From Bugula neritina (lineage: Eukaryota > Animalia > Bryozoa): 64,000 nt of DNA. Positions within the stretch are counted from its first letter, which is position 1; the number at the start of each line of letters is the position of its first letter. The notes under the pieces are model-generated. The model worked only from the letters and a program-made list of their open reading frames with translations, had not been told where the DNA came from and did no database searches. Both the position numbers and the translations under genes were made by a program. The DNA lies in NCBI GenBank assembly GCA_964035545.1, contig OZ037767.1, positions 12,509,801 through 12,573,800 on the forward strand. The letters run 5' to 3'. Below, one piece after another: positions 13,033-26,480 of the stretch.

Positions 13033-16004
13033 CATAACAGACCAGTAGACTGTGTTATGTTAAAAAGATATATTCAGAAAGGTTGATAGTCTATGTTTTT
13101 TCAACCAAGCTAGCTAAAGGTGGGCACAAATTACAGCTTTTATAGTGAATAGTGTATAAAGATATACTTTCTTTTTTCGCTGGCCCTAATAAGTAGTTTT
13201 GCAAATAACTAAGCCAATTTATATTTTAATTTATATCCTCAAACATAATATGTTTGAGGATATAGATTAAAATACAAATTGGTTTAGTGTTTTGCAAAAT
13301 TACTTGTTTAACTCCTTGGCAAGCCACGTTCCATTATTGAACATATAAAAATAAATAATGTTGAGTAGCTCTGCGTTTTATATATTATACATTTTAGACA
13401 AAGTAGCGAGCATGATAAGCGTGCATCGCATTCTTAGTCAGGCGAGATCAAAAGCTACTGATGGCGTATATCTCCCTTCTCATTATGGGTTGAGTGAGCT
13501 CTTGAATGCGGCACACACTACTGTAGAACAGTCTCCGTGGATCCAAATAGACTATGGAAGTAATCACTTTGTTGAAAGTGTCAAAATCTGAGACAGGTCT
13601 GAGTTCTAAGTTCCTGGTAAGCAAACAAAACTCATATTCAAGATACTTGCCTACTGTAATAATCATATTATTTTGTATGTGCATTGCATGTCGAGCTGCT
13701 CAATAAAATTCACTCTGTATAACTTTTATTCACTTCTTTGTATGATTATGAAGTTTTTACTTCTGTATAGCTGTTAATGACAGACTAGCCAATGTGAGAG
13801 TAACAGTTGGTGAGATTGATACAAACTTTGAAGATCCATCAAAATATGAGATCTGTGACTACCTTCTTGGAAAACCACTAGCAGAAATATTTATAGTTGC
13901 ATTTCATTCTAGAATGTATGGTAGATATGTGAAAATAACTGCTGTAGATGTTAATATGCATCTAAACATTTATGAGCTAGAAAATTATGGACTAGAAATT
14001 CTCAATAATTAACATCATGAAAATATTAGTGGGTGACAGCACTGAAATAAGTTTGAAATTTTTTATTTTATGTACATCTGACAGAAAAAAGTATCCTGCA
14101 AATACTTATTAAGACATGAAATATGTTATAACTTTTTCATCTCTTCAATAAAACAGTGTTTTTTGAACTATTCAATTTTTAGATTTACGATTTTTTTCAA
14201 TGATTAAAGTCAGAATTCTTATTTTAAAAACAATGTTGCATTTGGAGGACTAAGAAATCTTTTTGTATTATATAATTACTATAAATAGGTTATCATTAAA
14301 CTTCATTGAGTGACTCGTTTACTAATATTAGTGCTGCCTTAGCTTTTTATTGTCTCATTTATTTACTTTTGTGAAACTGTTGCAGAGCATTGCATATATT
14401 AGAACAAATATTTTACAAAAGCTTAAAAGACAAACATGCAAGAGTTAGTATTTATTCAAAAGAAATAACAGAAATTAGTTGTAATACATTTGACGTAAAA
14501 ATAAAGATTGAAAAAACAGCGATCATCTATACTTTAGAGGCTAGAGTATTTGACTTGAAGAAAACACCAACTCATGGATTTGAACCCCAGTAAAGGTCAT
14601 CGATGATGTTAAGAAGAGCATCTAGTCAAAATATGCTGCACTTTGCCGCATATATATAAGTCCTGCAAGGTGCTTTAAAAAAACTTTTTGTCAGGGGTTC
14701 TCACAGAGATAATGACAATATGTAGTCTTGCCTGAGTTTTTAAAAGATGTTGAAGGTTTATAGTATAGAAACTTTACTGTTGTACACAATTTTTGAACAA
14801 AACCAACATTGATTTTTATAGGGTAATGTAGAGCCTTTTGAAAACCAGTTATTAACTATATATAAATATGCATTATAAGCTGAATATATGCTAGATATAA
14901 CTTTTATTTGCATTCGCTATTTTTTGTTTTGAGTATTATACTGAAATGAATTCAACTGCCCAATTGAACTACGAAGCTAGTTATAAAGTTATATAATATA
15001 TGTATATATTATATTGTACAGCATATTACATGCAATGATAGCTCTTGACTGGCTAATCAGCAAGGCTTAGCTTACTCACTACTAATCATTGAACACTTTG
15101 TCAAAGGCTTTAAATGATCAAAAGTCAGCTGGAAAAATCCCACAGTGACAGGAGTCAACAATTGGCTTCCTCCATGTCAGTTACTACTGAAGCTACTCAA
15201 AAAGTGAAAAACAAAAGTATCGATGCTGTCAAAAGTATTTGAAGTATATAATATAGAAAAAAATCTATGGAAGCTGTTACCTTTTAATACAGTGTACACT
15301 CCATTAGTATTCACTTCCTTGATTACACTAATCATTTCAAAGTTCAGAAGCTTAAGTTTTGTATTTCATTTGTGTTACTAAGTTATAATAGTGATACAAG
15401 ACACCATATATTAATGAATCTTTATTAGGTATTACTTTAATTGCTGCTTATTGTATATATATACCACTGAATTTTGCATGCATAATATAATATAGTCGAT
15501 GAATGTTCACTTTTACATTTAATTGAATATTAATGTAACAATTTCAATATATTTTAGCATTTTGACTGGTAATGTGATAAAAGCTAGGTAGTAAAACGTA
15601 GAGCTACATTTTGTGTGCGCGCTGTTAATTTGAAAGCTAGAAATTTAGCTTACAAGAAATGACGTTTAAAACAGGTACTTTTAAACATTCCATAATTTAG
15701 GTTTTAGGTCACTTTCAATTTCTAGTAATTACTAAATCAAAGTTCACCAGTGAAGTCTATAAAGGATCATTCTGTGCACATTTTATGTGATATCAAATGC
15801 AGTTGCAAAACAACTAGTTTAGTCAAACAAACATGAAGCACTCTCATAAACTAATTTGTCAACTTGATAAAAAGAAAATTTTTGAAAAAATGCTGTTCAT
15901 GTAAAAGTTGCTATACTTGGCAGCAAAATTGCAGTGAGTTGTGACAAAGATGGAGCGTTACATATGTGCAATGCGCACAAATGCATAATATAATAATTTG
16001 TGTT

Positions 16005-16350
16005 CTAATGTGCTCAAAACTGCTGAAGAGTGCTGAAAAGTGCCCAAATGTGTTAAAGGTGCCCTAATCTGCTAAAACTGCCTCAGTGTGCTAACAAATG
16101 TTTGTCTAAATGTGCTGAAAAGTGCACAAAAGTGCCCAAATGTGCAGAAAAAGCCTAAATGTACTACATTTGTGCTCAAACGAGTTAAAATCTGCTTTAA
16201 TGCGCTCAAAACTGCTGGAATGTGCTGAAAAGTGTCCAGATGTGTTAAAAGGTGCCCTAATCTGCTCAAATTGCCTCAATGTGCTAACAAATGTTTGTCG
16301 AAATGTGCTGAAAAGTGCCTAAGTTTGCTAAAAGGGCCTAAATGTGCTAC
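16005..16350. repeat. Degenerate minisatellite built from ~10-bp aaa(t/g)gtgc(t/c)-like units
   Basis: Repeated aatgtgctgaaaagtgc / aatctgctcaaa blocks, with a longer duplicated segment at ~16030-16125 and ~16220-16320. Confidence 0.7.
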
Positions 16351-17044
16351 ATATTATATAGTATTTCCAGTTTTATGCATTTGCATCTGCCTGCATGGTT
16401 TGTTTTTGCTTCATTCAAATAACAATATTGATCTATTTGGATTTGTAGTATTTCAAATTAGCAACTTCAATGAATTTGAAGTTCATTAAATATAAAAAAT
16501 TTTATATGGGTAGCTTTTGCTTATTCTGATCGACCAATTTTAGTTGAAGATGCATGTTTCAAATACTAGGTATTAAAGAGTATAATCTTTTTAGAGCGTG
16601 TTGTATAAGGACCCATTGGTCTTCTTAATGTCACCTGAATGCATGTACTTCAGAATTTTCTAGAAGCTATTTTACTATAATATTAGGATTTTTTAAGTTG
16701 AAGTTTCCGCCTTGACTTTGAGGTATAAATTGTATGTACATAAGCTGAAATACAATGAGAAAGTAAGTGTAATCTTATTTATATAAATTTTTTCATCTTG
16801 TCACGGGAATGTTCTTTGAAAGTTAAAAACAATTAAAAACCTTCAAATATTATATAACGAGAACTTGAATTGTCTACTTAAAATGTCCTTAAGCTATATA
16901 CATACACTTAATTTTTAACAGTTTCTAATATTCATATTTCAGTGTTTACTAATAATCATATGAACTCGTTATGCATACCTATATTAGTATGATCACTATG
17001 ATAACTTGAGCTGCAATAAAGTCTAATTTTAAGTGAAATTAGCA

Positions 17045-17278
17045 GCGGTACAAATGGCGCAGGCAATAATGGTACAGGTATAATAAAAACACAAATAGAA
17101 AATTAGGTAAAAATGATACACTGTTTAATATTTTCTGAAACCTCAAAGCCAAATCCTCAGCCCGACCTTGAAATGCCACCCCCAAATCTAAACCCTCATT
17201 TCAAAACCCATTCAGTCCACCCCAAGCCCCAACAATAAAAATGTGCCATTTTACTGGTGCTAATTTTACTGGACATCA
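17045..17278. mobile_element. Short non-autonomous element remnant (MITE/HINE-like)
   Basis: The left end has repeated ggta(c/a)aaatgg(c/t)ac motifs, the right end has the inverted gtgccattttac / gtgctaattttac, and the centre is a degenerate (aaaccc/cctaa)-rich tract. Confidence 0.4.
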
Positions 17279-17379
17279 TAAACTCTTTATTGGTACTACT
17301 TGATTGTTTATTATTATCTCATAAAACATTTTATGCAATGGCACCAATATAAGTATTTATGTGAGATTTGTGAGATACT

Positions 17380-17484
17380 TGTGTGCATGTGAGTGTGTCT
17401 GTGTGCATGTGTGCGTGTGTGCATGTGTGCATGTGTGCATGTGTGCGTGTCTGTGTGTCTGTGTGTGTGTGCATGTGTGCGTGT
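17380..17484. repeat. Compound (TG)n/(TGTGTGCA)n microsatellite
   Basis: Directly visible. Confidence 0.9.
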
Positions 17485-19877
17485 AAAGCTAAAAAGGATA
17501 AGGTGACAGTTGAATGTTTATTAAATTAGATATAATATTTGTAATTGTATTGCTATAATTAATTGCTACAGTAACACTGGTTATATAATCTATATATTTC
17601 AATTTCCTGAATATTAAAATTATCATTCATTTCTGCATGCAGCAGTTACTCTCACATATCTACAATACATAATAGCTAAAACCACGCGTGCAGTGATGGG
17701 AACAAAAATGATGGTTCAACTAGCGACTTTGTTAGCAGTTATTGCTGAAATTTTTTGATGGGTGAAAAACAAATTGGCTATATACTACTACAGTATTGAA
17801 ACAGAGATTCATTGCATAGCATCCAGATTTTAAATACAGTACACAAGCACTCAACTAATGGAGCACTTTATTAGAATTGTGTATAATAAATATAATATAT
17901 TGTTTACTGCACTTCTAATTCAGCAGATGGATTGACCTTAATTAGTAAAATACCAATAAACACAAAATGGGGTTTACAGCTGAAATTATTCAGTGTACAT
18001 ATAAAAATAATTATGTGTATTTTTGTGTAGTTTTATAGATGTAATTAACCGGCTTTCCAAAACATTCTACAATTATCCTATAAAAATAAATGTTATGTTT
18101 GGTTTAAATTTTATTTATAGTATTAAACTCTTTGATAATCCTGCAAAACTATCTTCATTTTTTTCATGCAGTAACCAAATTGTAATTCACTTCTCTTACT
18201 CCTGTTAAATATTTGAAAGCATTCTGTAAAATCTTTGTGTGACTTTTTGTCGTTTGTCGAATTTTTATTTTGATTTATAGCACTTTGGTAAACAATTTTA
18301 TAATAATCAGTAAATAAAAGCAAAAATCTCAGTGATTAGAAAATAGTTTAATACAATTTTATAATCGTTTATTTACACAGATAATATAGTATATTATGCA
18401 GATTTGTAGTCCCTCAACTAGAACATTCTTCTAAATAACGGTTCAAACAAATAACTCTATACTTTAGTAATTTGATAATTAAAAACTTTAATACGGTGAA
18501 TGAATATAGTTTCAAACAAACATTCTCTTATAAAAGCAACCACACAAACTTGTGTAAAACTGCATGCCTAATTAGTATATGTTTTTTTACTATTAGGTGT
18601 GTATGAAATGTTGCATGAGAAAGTTCAAAGTTATTTCAGTGCTCTCACCAATTAGTTTGTTGAAGCACTTGGTTATTGAGAATTTCTAGTCCATGAATTT
18701 CTAGCTCATAAATGTTAAAATAATTATTAACATCTACTGGAGTTGCTTTCACCTATCTACCATACATTCTAGTATGACATGTAACCAAAAATATGTCTGC
18801 TGGTGGTTGTCCAGGCAGGTAGTCATAGATCTCATTTTCTGGTAGATCGTCAAAGTTAGTATCAGTCTCGCCAACTGTTACTCTCACATTGGCTAGTCTG
18901 CCATTTACAGCTATAAATAATTATGTGGAAGTAACAAGCTGATAATGATACAAAGAAGTGAATAAAACTTATGCATATTGAATGTTTTTGGACATGTGTG
19001 TTTTGACAGTGACATACTAAAATAGTATTTTAGTGATCATGTACTTTAAATATGAGCTTTGTTCACTTACCAGGAATGTGGTACTCGGACCTGTCTCATA
19101 TCTTGACATTTTCAATGAAGTGATTGACTCCAATGTCTATTTGTTTCCATGGAGACAGCTCGTTTTTAGTGTGTGCTACACTTGTGAGATTGTTTAATCC
19201 AGAATGAGAAGGAATATATATATATATACACCATCAACAGCATTTGACTCCAAATGGCTTGAAATGTACTGCATACTTATCATGCTCACTTCCTTCTCTA
19301 AAACGCATATAAAAATCACAACTGACCAAACATTTTTACTTTTTTATAGGTTCAATAAAGGATTGAAGCTCACCAATTGTTTAAACAAAGTAATTTTACA
19401 AAAAACCAAACCATTTTCTATCAATATAGATATTATCAAACACATATTAGGACAAGCAAAAAAAGAAAGTGTATAAATCCTAATCTATTATAGCTTATTC
19501 AGACGGTCAACAATAGCAAACCGAAAAGACACCGAGAATGCGAATTTTATTAGTTTTGGATCACATGATTGAACTCCTGTGTCAATCGCCCCAAACTAGC
19601 GTTGTTTGGTTAGTCTGACAGTAAAAGAGTTTGCCCATTTTGGATCACATGATCAACTTTTCAAAATTTTGTTAGAACCTGACCCAGCAAGGTTTCAGCT
19701 GACAAATTTTTTCTGATTGCACTTCGATCATTGTCTTATTTCAAAAAGCAAAAAGTGCGGGCATAATTCACATGACAAACAAACTGTGCAAGGGGAATTG
19801 CTTGTAACTAAAATAAATAATCAATATTTTAGTAATGGTAATAATAATAAATAATAATTATTTGAAGTAAATAAATT

Positions 19878-20272
19878 TGTGATAAGCATGTTATTGTGGT
19901 AAATTTATGTTGTGTGTGTGTGTGTCCGTGGTTGCCGAGATCGGCACTTCGGTCCTCCGAAACACCGATATGCTGAGAATCGGCATATCGGACTACCGAA
20001 GTGCCGATATGCAAATTCGGCATTTCGGTTTCCCGAAATGCCGATATTCGGCATTTCGTGTCTCCGATATCGACAACAAAGGAATGTCTTTGTCCAGCGT
20101 GTATATAGAAGCCAGCGAGTTCCAGTATAGTTCAGTCTACTACTGGAGCTTGCTGGATGAAGACCTATCTTACCTAATAAAGTTATCATCTATTACACTC
20201 AACTTCACGACTTATTCTGCACCACAAGCATGCAAGGCAACTAGCTACATTCAAACCCACAGTTTTATCACA
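19878..20272 (+). repeat. 5' LTR of element 1 (395 bp)
   Basis: 8-bp terminal inverted repeat tgtgataa...ttatcaca, TATA-like tatataga at ~20103 and AATAAA at ~20176, directly followed by a PBS. Confidence 0.8.
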
Positions 20273-20273
20273 T

Positions 20274-20291
20274 TGGTGGCAGCAGTGGGAT
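20274..20291 (+). promoter_or_regulatory. Primer-binding site, tRNA-Leu type
   Basis: tggtggcagcagtgggat, 1 nt after the LTR end and complementary to a tRNA-Leu 3' end. An exact version occurs in element 2. Confidence 0.85.
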
Positions 20292-20322
20292 TTTCGAATA
20301 GCTAGTTGCCAGAAAGGACAAG

Positions 20323-21184
20323 ATGACTCCAGAGAACTTAGCCTCTGAGGCAGAGGAGACACCAACCCTAACTGTAGAGGCATTGGTCACAACCCTCCAG
20401 AAATTGCAGGGGCATGGTAGGGCGCCACCTAGTGACAGGTACCGCCTCCAGCTCCCGAATTTCAGAAGAGAAGGAAACGTGGAGCAGTTTATCCGAGAGT
20501 TTGAGGATGTGGCCACCATCACTGAATGGCCAGTTCGGGTGAGCATCTTCCAGCTTCGGGCCTGTTTGACAGGCCGGGCCAAGAGCTTTGCTCTTGGACC
20601 CGATGAAGCCCACATCATGCGGGCTCTCAGGGCCCGGTTCGGTCTGACGGCCGAGGAACCATCAGACCAATTACAAGTATTGAGGAGAGACCGAAGGACA
20701 CCTCTGGAAGACTACGCGAACGAGGTAGAGCGCCTGGCCCAGGCTGCTTTCGGTCACGCCACTGGCGACGACCGGAAGCGCCCTGTTTATAATGCGTTTT
20801 TCCGGAGCGTGAACCACCCAGATCTACAGCGGTACTGGCTGGCCGCCAAGGTCAGTAGTCTTGAAAAGGCACTGGAGATGGGAAAGGCCTACTTCTAGGT
20901 GGAAGAACCTCGGAGGCACCCCCACCTTCAACCCCACAGGTGGCGGCAGCGGCCACTCCGTTGTCCGAGCAGACGCAGCTCACCATGTTGATGAACATAA
21001 TGAAAGGCCTGCAGGCTACGGTGACGAAATTGCAGCACAACCAGACAAACAGGCGGGCTCCCGATTGCGGGTCGACCCTGTCTGCCCCCCTCTGCCCACC
21101 TGTTGGGAGTGCGGGGTGCAAGGACATGTGAGAAGGCACTGCCCTAGAGGACAGAAGCCGTTAAACACCCGAGGCTCACGGTAA
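20323..21184 (+). pseudogene. gag of element 1 (capsid-like region + CCHC knuckle)
   Basis: ORF 20323-20898 (LPNF..VEQFIREFEDVA..W..LRARFG), then a stop/frameshift, then CWECGVQGHVRRHC. A slippery-like GTTAAAC at 21160-21166 precedes pol in the -1 frame. Confidence 0.88.
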
Positions 21185-22988
21185 CTTCCGCCACCCGTGT
21201 GCCTCACGCCAACCCAGTCCGGGATAGGACTTGGAGTGTAACAGAAGAGACCTCCCCAGAGTCTGCCGACACCGAGTGGCAGGCACTTTGGAGATCTCAG
21301 AAACCGCAAGGTCTACCCGATCCTTCGGCCTGGCCACTCTGTGACCGGTTCGCGGGGTTGCCCAAGGAGGTTGTGGAGAAAGACTCAGCTTACTCGCAAG
21401 AGTACCCCAAGCTACCCTCCCGACCTCAGAAAACCCCCGTTGTCTCTAAGACAAAGAGGCGGCCCGCTGTGCAAACCCAAGTTGTGTCTCCCCCAGAAAC
21501 TGATCGCTCCAGGAGCGCCCAGCCGTTTGGAAGCAGCTACTTCGTGCCCGGAAAGATTTCGGGTGAAGCTGCCACATTCCTACTGGATACTGGGTGCACT
21601 ACCAACCTGTTGAGTAGGCGTCTCTTTGACACTCTTGGTGCCCGAGAGCGGGCGAGCCTGGAGCCGTATGAAGGTGCGCATGGTACGTTGGCGGATGGAT
21701 CATGCATTCCTTTTTATGGCGTCATTTCACCGCCTGGACGCGTCCGTGATCAGGCGATTCACGAGACATTCATAGTCAGCCAGCTAAAGGAGGACGCCAT
21801 CCTGGGAATGCCGTTTCTGGGGAAACACCAGTGCCGCATGGATTTCCAGAAGTCAGTGGCGGTGATTGCTGGGAAGGAAGTTGTCTGTGTTGACAAGTTC
21901 GGCAGGCCCTTGGTGGGCGGAGTCCAGGTAGTGCGGGACTGCACGGTTTTGGGGAGATCCCAAGCGACTCTCCGCTGCAAAGTCAACTGCAAGAGGATCG
22001 CCGGCCTGGGGGTGGTTGAAGGAACGCACGGAGCGATCCGACTAGCAAACAGCCTGAATCGGCTAGACTGTCGGCAAGAGCTCCTTGTGCAGTGCATCAA
22101 CCCCTTCACGGAACCTGTCCGATTATTGGCCGGAGCACTGGTGGAGCACTATCACTCCATCCAGGAGGCGGATGTGGGACCGGCACTGGAACAGTGGCCG
22201 ACACCCAAGGAAACCCCCTTCGCAACAGCCAAGAAACAGTCCCGGAGCATGTGGCTGCCCTGTATGGTGGAGCATGTAGAAACTGTATGAGTAGTACTGA
22301 ACGCCAAGTACTGGCTCAACTACCCCCGGATTACAGTGATGTCTTTAGTCGTGGCGATGGAGACATAGGGCTGACTAAGGTTATCTCCCACGAGATACCC
22401 CTGGCAGCCGGCACCACCCTCATCAGGCAGCCCACCCGGCGTCTAGGCCCGGAGAAGGAGAAGGAGGTGAGCCGACAGGTGCAGGATCTTCTCGACCGGG
22501 ATCTGATTGAGCCTACCCACAGTGCGTGGAGCTCTCCAGTAGTCCTGGTCAAGAAGAAGGATGGTAGCTGGAGATTCTGCGTGGACTACCGCAGACTCAA
22601 CAGCGTTACCATCCAGGACGCCTACCCTCTCCCACAGAGAGATGAGTCTCTGGATGCCCTCGCGGGTAGCAAGTACATCAGTACTTTGGATCTGCTTAGC
22701 GGGTACTGGCAAGTGCCCCTCAGTCTTGATGCCCAGGACAAAGCAGCATTTATCACTCGCGATGGGCTCTAGAAATGGAAAGTTCTGCCATTTGGACTAA
22801 CGTCCGCTCCGGAAACTTTCCAACGGCTCATGGAGCAGGTCCTCAGTGGGTCACACTGGAAGGGCCTATCTATCATCTATTTGGACGACGTCATTGTCAT
22901 CTCCCCAGACTTTTCGACCCATATCAGTCGTCTGCGGGAGGTCTTTGACCGTCTTCGGGCAGTCGGACTGAAGCTGAAGCCCTCCAAT

Positions 22989-25900
22989 AGACCATGTAAA
23001 ACTCAGCCAATCAGCGAAGTGTACCAGGTCAATGTCTTACCATTGTAACTGATATAAAATTCTGCAAGTTCAATTGCAAAATGCATGCTTCTAAAAGCTA
23101 GTTGTGCAACTTTTTTTCATGCATTATTTAATTTCATATCGTAAATTGATGACTCTTGGAATGATTTTTTAAAATGTCTAAATTAAGTGTTTACAAAACG
23201 CAAATAGAAATTGCATGTCTAGAAAAATGACCTGGTACACTTTTGCAATTTAAGGCCAATTATTACATAACTGCCAGCTTAGTAGTTATTTGTTGTTGCA
23301 GCTTGAATGGGTTATTGTTTAGCATTGGAAGCTTGCAGTAAACATCTGTGAATTTGGTACATGACTTTGATTGGCTGGTTTTTGAATGGCCCTTTAGTAT
23401 ATGCATCTGGATGGCTGGGTAGTGTGGACTCCGCCTACATCTAGCTAATGTACAGTAGCCAATCCACAGTAGTATTACAAAATTTCTGTTTAACAAATGA
23501 AATATTCTGGTCATTTGTTTTGTACTTTACAATAGTAAATATTCTATTCAACTAGAATTTTATTGTATGTAAGCTATGGGAACTACTAAGAGGTTAAATC
23601 AACCACCCATGCTGGTAATATTGTTGCTCGCAGTAATAGCAAGTCCACACTGTATAAATATACACATAAGCTAGTATGTGCAGCTTATGAATGCTGAAAT
23701 GACCCCATTTCTTACTTTCAACTTGAAAAAAATTGTATGACATATTCTGCCACTTCTGCACCAGGAACTTGTTTTCCTTTTAAATTTTGAAAATAGTAGT
23801 CAGTTTCTATAGCAGTCAACATCCACAACGTAAGCTTTCGAATAAACTATAAATATATAGTAGCATATTGGCTTTGAAAGCTCAGAGGGATGTTCAGCTT
23901 CTCTCTTGTTGGAAAAACTATTAGATTGTTCAGTTCTCTTGCTAAAATATCTAATGTGTTTTTGAAGGTTTTGCTTGCTAGCAATCTAGAGATATAAAAA
24001 AGGCCAGCAAGTATTTGAAACTGTAAACCTTGACGCAGCTTCATCAAAGCCAATAAAAGTTCATCTTGTCTTGTTAACTTTTTTTGCAGAATAAGAACTT
24101 TCATCTTCGAACATATAAATCTAAATATAGAAAATAAAGAATGAAAATTAAATTATGATTCAAATTATATTGTATGTGCTAAATAAATTTTGTCATTAGT
24201 TTGTATTCATTCAGCAGTTTTTACACTCTGGTAAGTAGCTTCAGTTATATTTTGCAACAACTATCAAGTCCAAGAACTGCTAGCTGAAGGCTTGACTGAA
24301 TATATCACCATCCAAACAGAATGTAATGTGTGTCAACATGTGTTACATAATACTGTAACAGTACATGGTAAGCTAGTTGTATGAATACATGCTTTGAATG
24401 AAGTTATGAGTTTAAACAAATACTGTGGACAAACAATTATTACTTCATTTTATAATTATACTATAACTAATTCAAACCCACATTATTTCTAGAATAGCAT
24501 TTAATAATGTTTCTGAATAAGTGAAACTAGTAACAAGTGTAAACCATTTTAGTTTTAAACACTGAGTTAGTTTCAGCTAAAAATTAGATTAGGAGGCCAC
24601 TTTTGATAAGCTTTAAAATAACCAAGGAAAATTTAAGTCAAAACAATTTACTTTTCCTAAAGAAAGTGAGTCAATTTGTCCTCAAATAAAATACTGCTGC
24701 TTGTTTAAATAAAACCCTAAACTAAATAAGTCAAAGCATACAGATAACCACTGTGGTATTTATGAATATCTTACATAAAACAACATTCTTAATAAAAAAA
24801 TGTATGAATGATGTACTCACACTGCAACAAATTTAATTAAAATGACAGTTTTACTACACATCAAATTTTATCAATGTAGAAATTTTAGCATAGTGAGACT
24901 TGCATTGTTTATTTGTAATAAACCATAGTTTATCTTTGCAATAAGAAAATCATAATTTTCACCTTGCTAAAAAATAGTATAGAGAACGTGTAGGTATTCC
25001 AGTATAGAATTTAGTTTGCTCATCTGTAGTGGTGAAAGTTTTAAAAACTTTTACTTTTTCAATAGCTGCTTTTTGTTTAAACGTGGATCTTTTTGAGCCT
25101 TTTCTTCCAACTTTTGATTTTCGTCTATCAATAGAATGTGCAGATCTTTTTTTCTGAGTAGTTGATGGTTCTGGTAACTCAGTTACTTCTGATGAAGTCT
25201 GACTATGAGGATGGCTGTCAGATGAGTTCTGTTGCTCTATATCAGCTGACTCTGTTGATAACGTTTTCTGTTCGCTTCCTTCACATGTTTCATTAAAACC
25301 ACTGTTTTTTGTTCGTCTTACATTATAATATGCTTTAGTGCGTTGGTAACCCAAATGAAAGGTTGGAGTTAGATTTTGCTAAGTGGGCTGACCATCCTTA
25401 TGATTATGATAGTCTGCTATGCTCTCTGTAATCTACAGCCACCATTGGTGACTGATGAAATTTAGAATTTGAAGTAAAAATGTGTTATTTTTACCTGTGC
25501 CATTTTATAGAAATCTATATCTAGCTTTCATAATATAATATTCTTGTAATTTTTCATCATAGCAAGAACTAAATTACATTGTTTCCACACTAATATTTCA
25601 TATATTTATAGGTTATTTGAAAGCTTACGTTGTTTATTGTGGATGCAGTTGACTGCTGCAGAAACTGACTACTATTTTCAAAATTTAAAAGGAAAACAAA
25701 TTCTTGGTGCAGAAGTGGCAGAATATGTAATACAATTTTTTTCAAAATGAAAGTAAGAAATGGGGTTATTTCAGCATTCATAAGCTGTACATAATAGCTT
25801 ATGTGTATATTTATACGGTGTGGACTTGCTATTACTGCGAGCAACAATATTACCAGCATGGGTGGTTGATTTAACCTCTTAGTAGTTCCCATGGCTTACA

Positions 25901-26480
25901 TACAATAAAATTCTAGTTGAATAGAATATTTACTATTGTAAAGTACAAAACAAATGACCAGAATATTTCATTTGTTAAACAGAAATTTTGTAATACTACT
26001 GTGGATTGGCTACTGTACATTAGCTAGATGTAGACGGAGTCCACACTACCCAGCCATCCAGATGCATATACTAAAGGGCCATTCAAAAACCAGCCAATCA
26101 AAGTCATGTACCAAATTCACAGATATTTACTGCAAGCTTCCAATGCTAAACAATAACCCATTCAAGCTGCAACAACAAATAACTACTAAGCTGGCAGTTA
26201 TGTAATAATTGGCCTTAAGTTGCAAAAGTGTACCAGGTCATTTTTCTAGACATGCAATTTCTATTTGCGTTTTATAAACACTTAATTTAGACATTTTAAA
26301 AATTCATTTCAAGAGTCATCAATTTAAGATATGAAATTAAATAATGCATGAAAAAAAAGTTGCACAACTAGCTTTTAGAAGCATGCATTTTGCACTTGAA
26401 CTTGCAGAATTTTATATCAGTTACAATGGTAAGACATTGACCTGGTACACTTCGCTGATTGGCTGAGTTTTACATGGTCT
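22989..26480 (-). mobile_element. ISL2EU/PIF-Harbinger-like DNA transposon, internally deleted, ~860-bp TIRs
   Basis: Ends agaccatgtaaaactcagcc...ggctgagttttacatggtct, with AT on both sides. Removing the element restores the RT frame (ccc tcc aat tgt gca). Inverted arms are at 22989-~23845 and ~25613-26480. Confidence 0.9.
23847..25400 (-). pseudogene. N-terminal half of an ISL2EU/Harbinger-type transposase (THAP tail + HTH), DDE domain absent
   Basis: DGQPT*QNLTPTFHLGY, FYTGIPT, a GT-AG intron at 24962-24121 that splices in frame, then KLTRQDELLLALMKLRQGL..F.IS...IVFPTRE...P.SF, the HTH typical of DDE_Tnp_4 transposases. Confidence 0.8.

Larger units (their letters stand above)
7960..14012 (+). 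pseudogene. PAN/Apple + F-type lectin (fucolectin/FTP domain) pseudogene, copy A
   Basis: PAN-like exon ~7960-8120 reads ARSILECMTQ*SSLQS*CLFDAFESTNRTCKLFNEP. Exon 13398-13616 (ag/gtaagc) reads DKVASM..KATDG..AAHT..SPWIQIDYG..VESVKI*DRSEF*VP. Exon 13771-14012 reads AVNDRLANVRVTVG..C..GRYVKI..LNIYELENYG*. This matches the F-type lectin pattern (HT..PWxQVD..R..RL..GRYV..EVEVYG). At least four in-frame stops; AATAAA at 14147. Confidence 0.85.

Noticed and set aside
23263-26205. Twin 83-aa ORFs (23263-23514 minus, 25954-26205 plus) and the 100-aa ORF 25590-25892
   Set aside because: They are duplicated only because they lie in the TIRs. They have no recognisable motif, and the 100-aa ORF has stops in the other arm.
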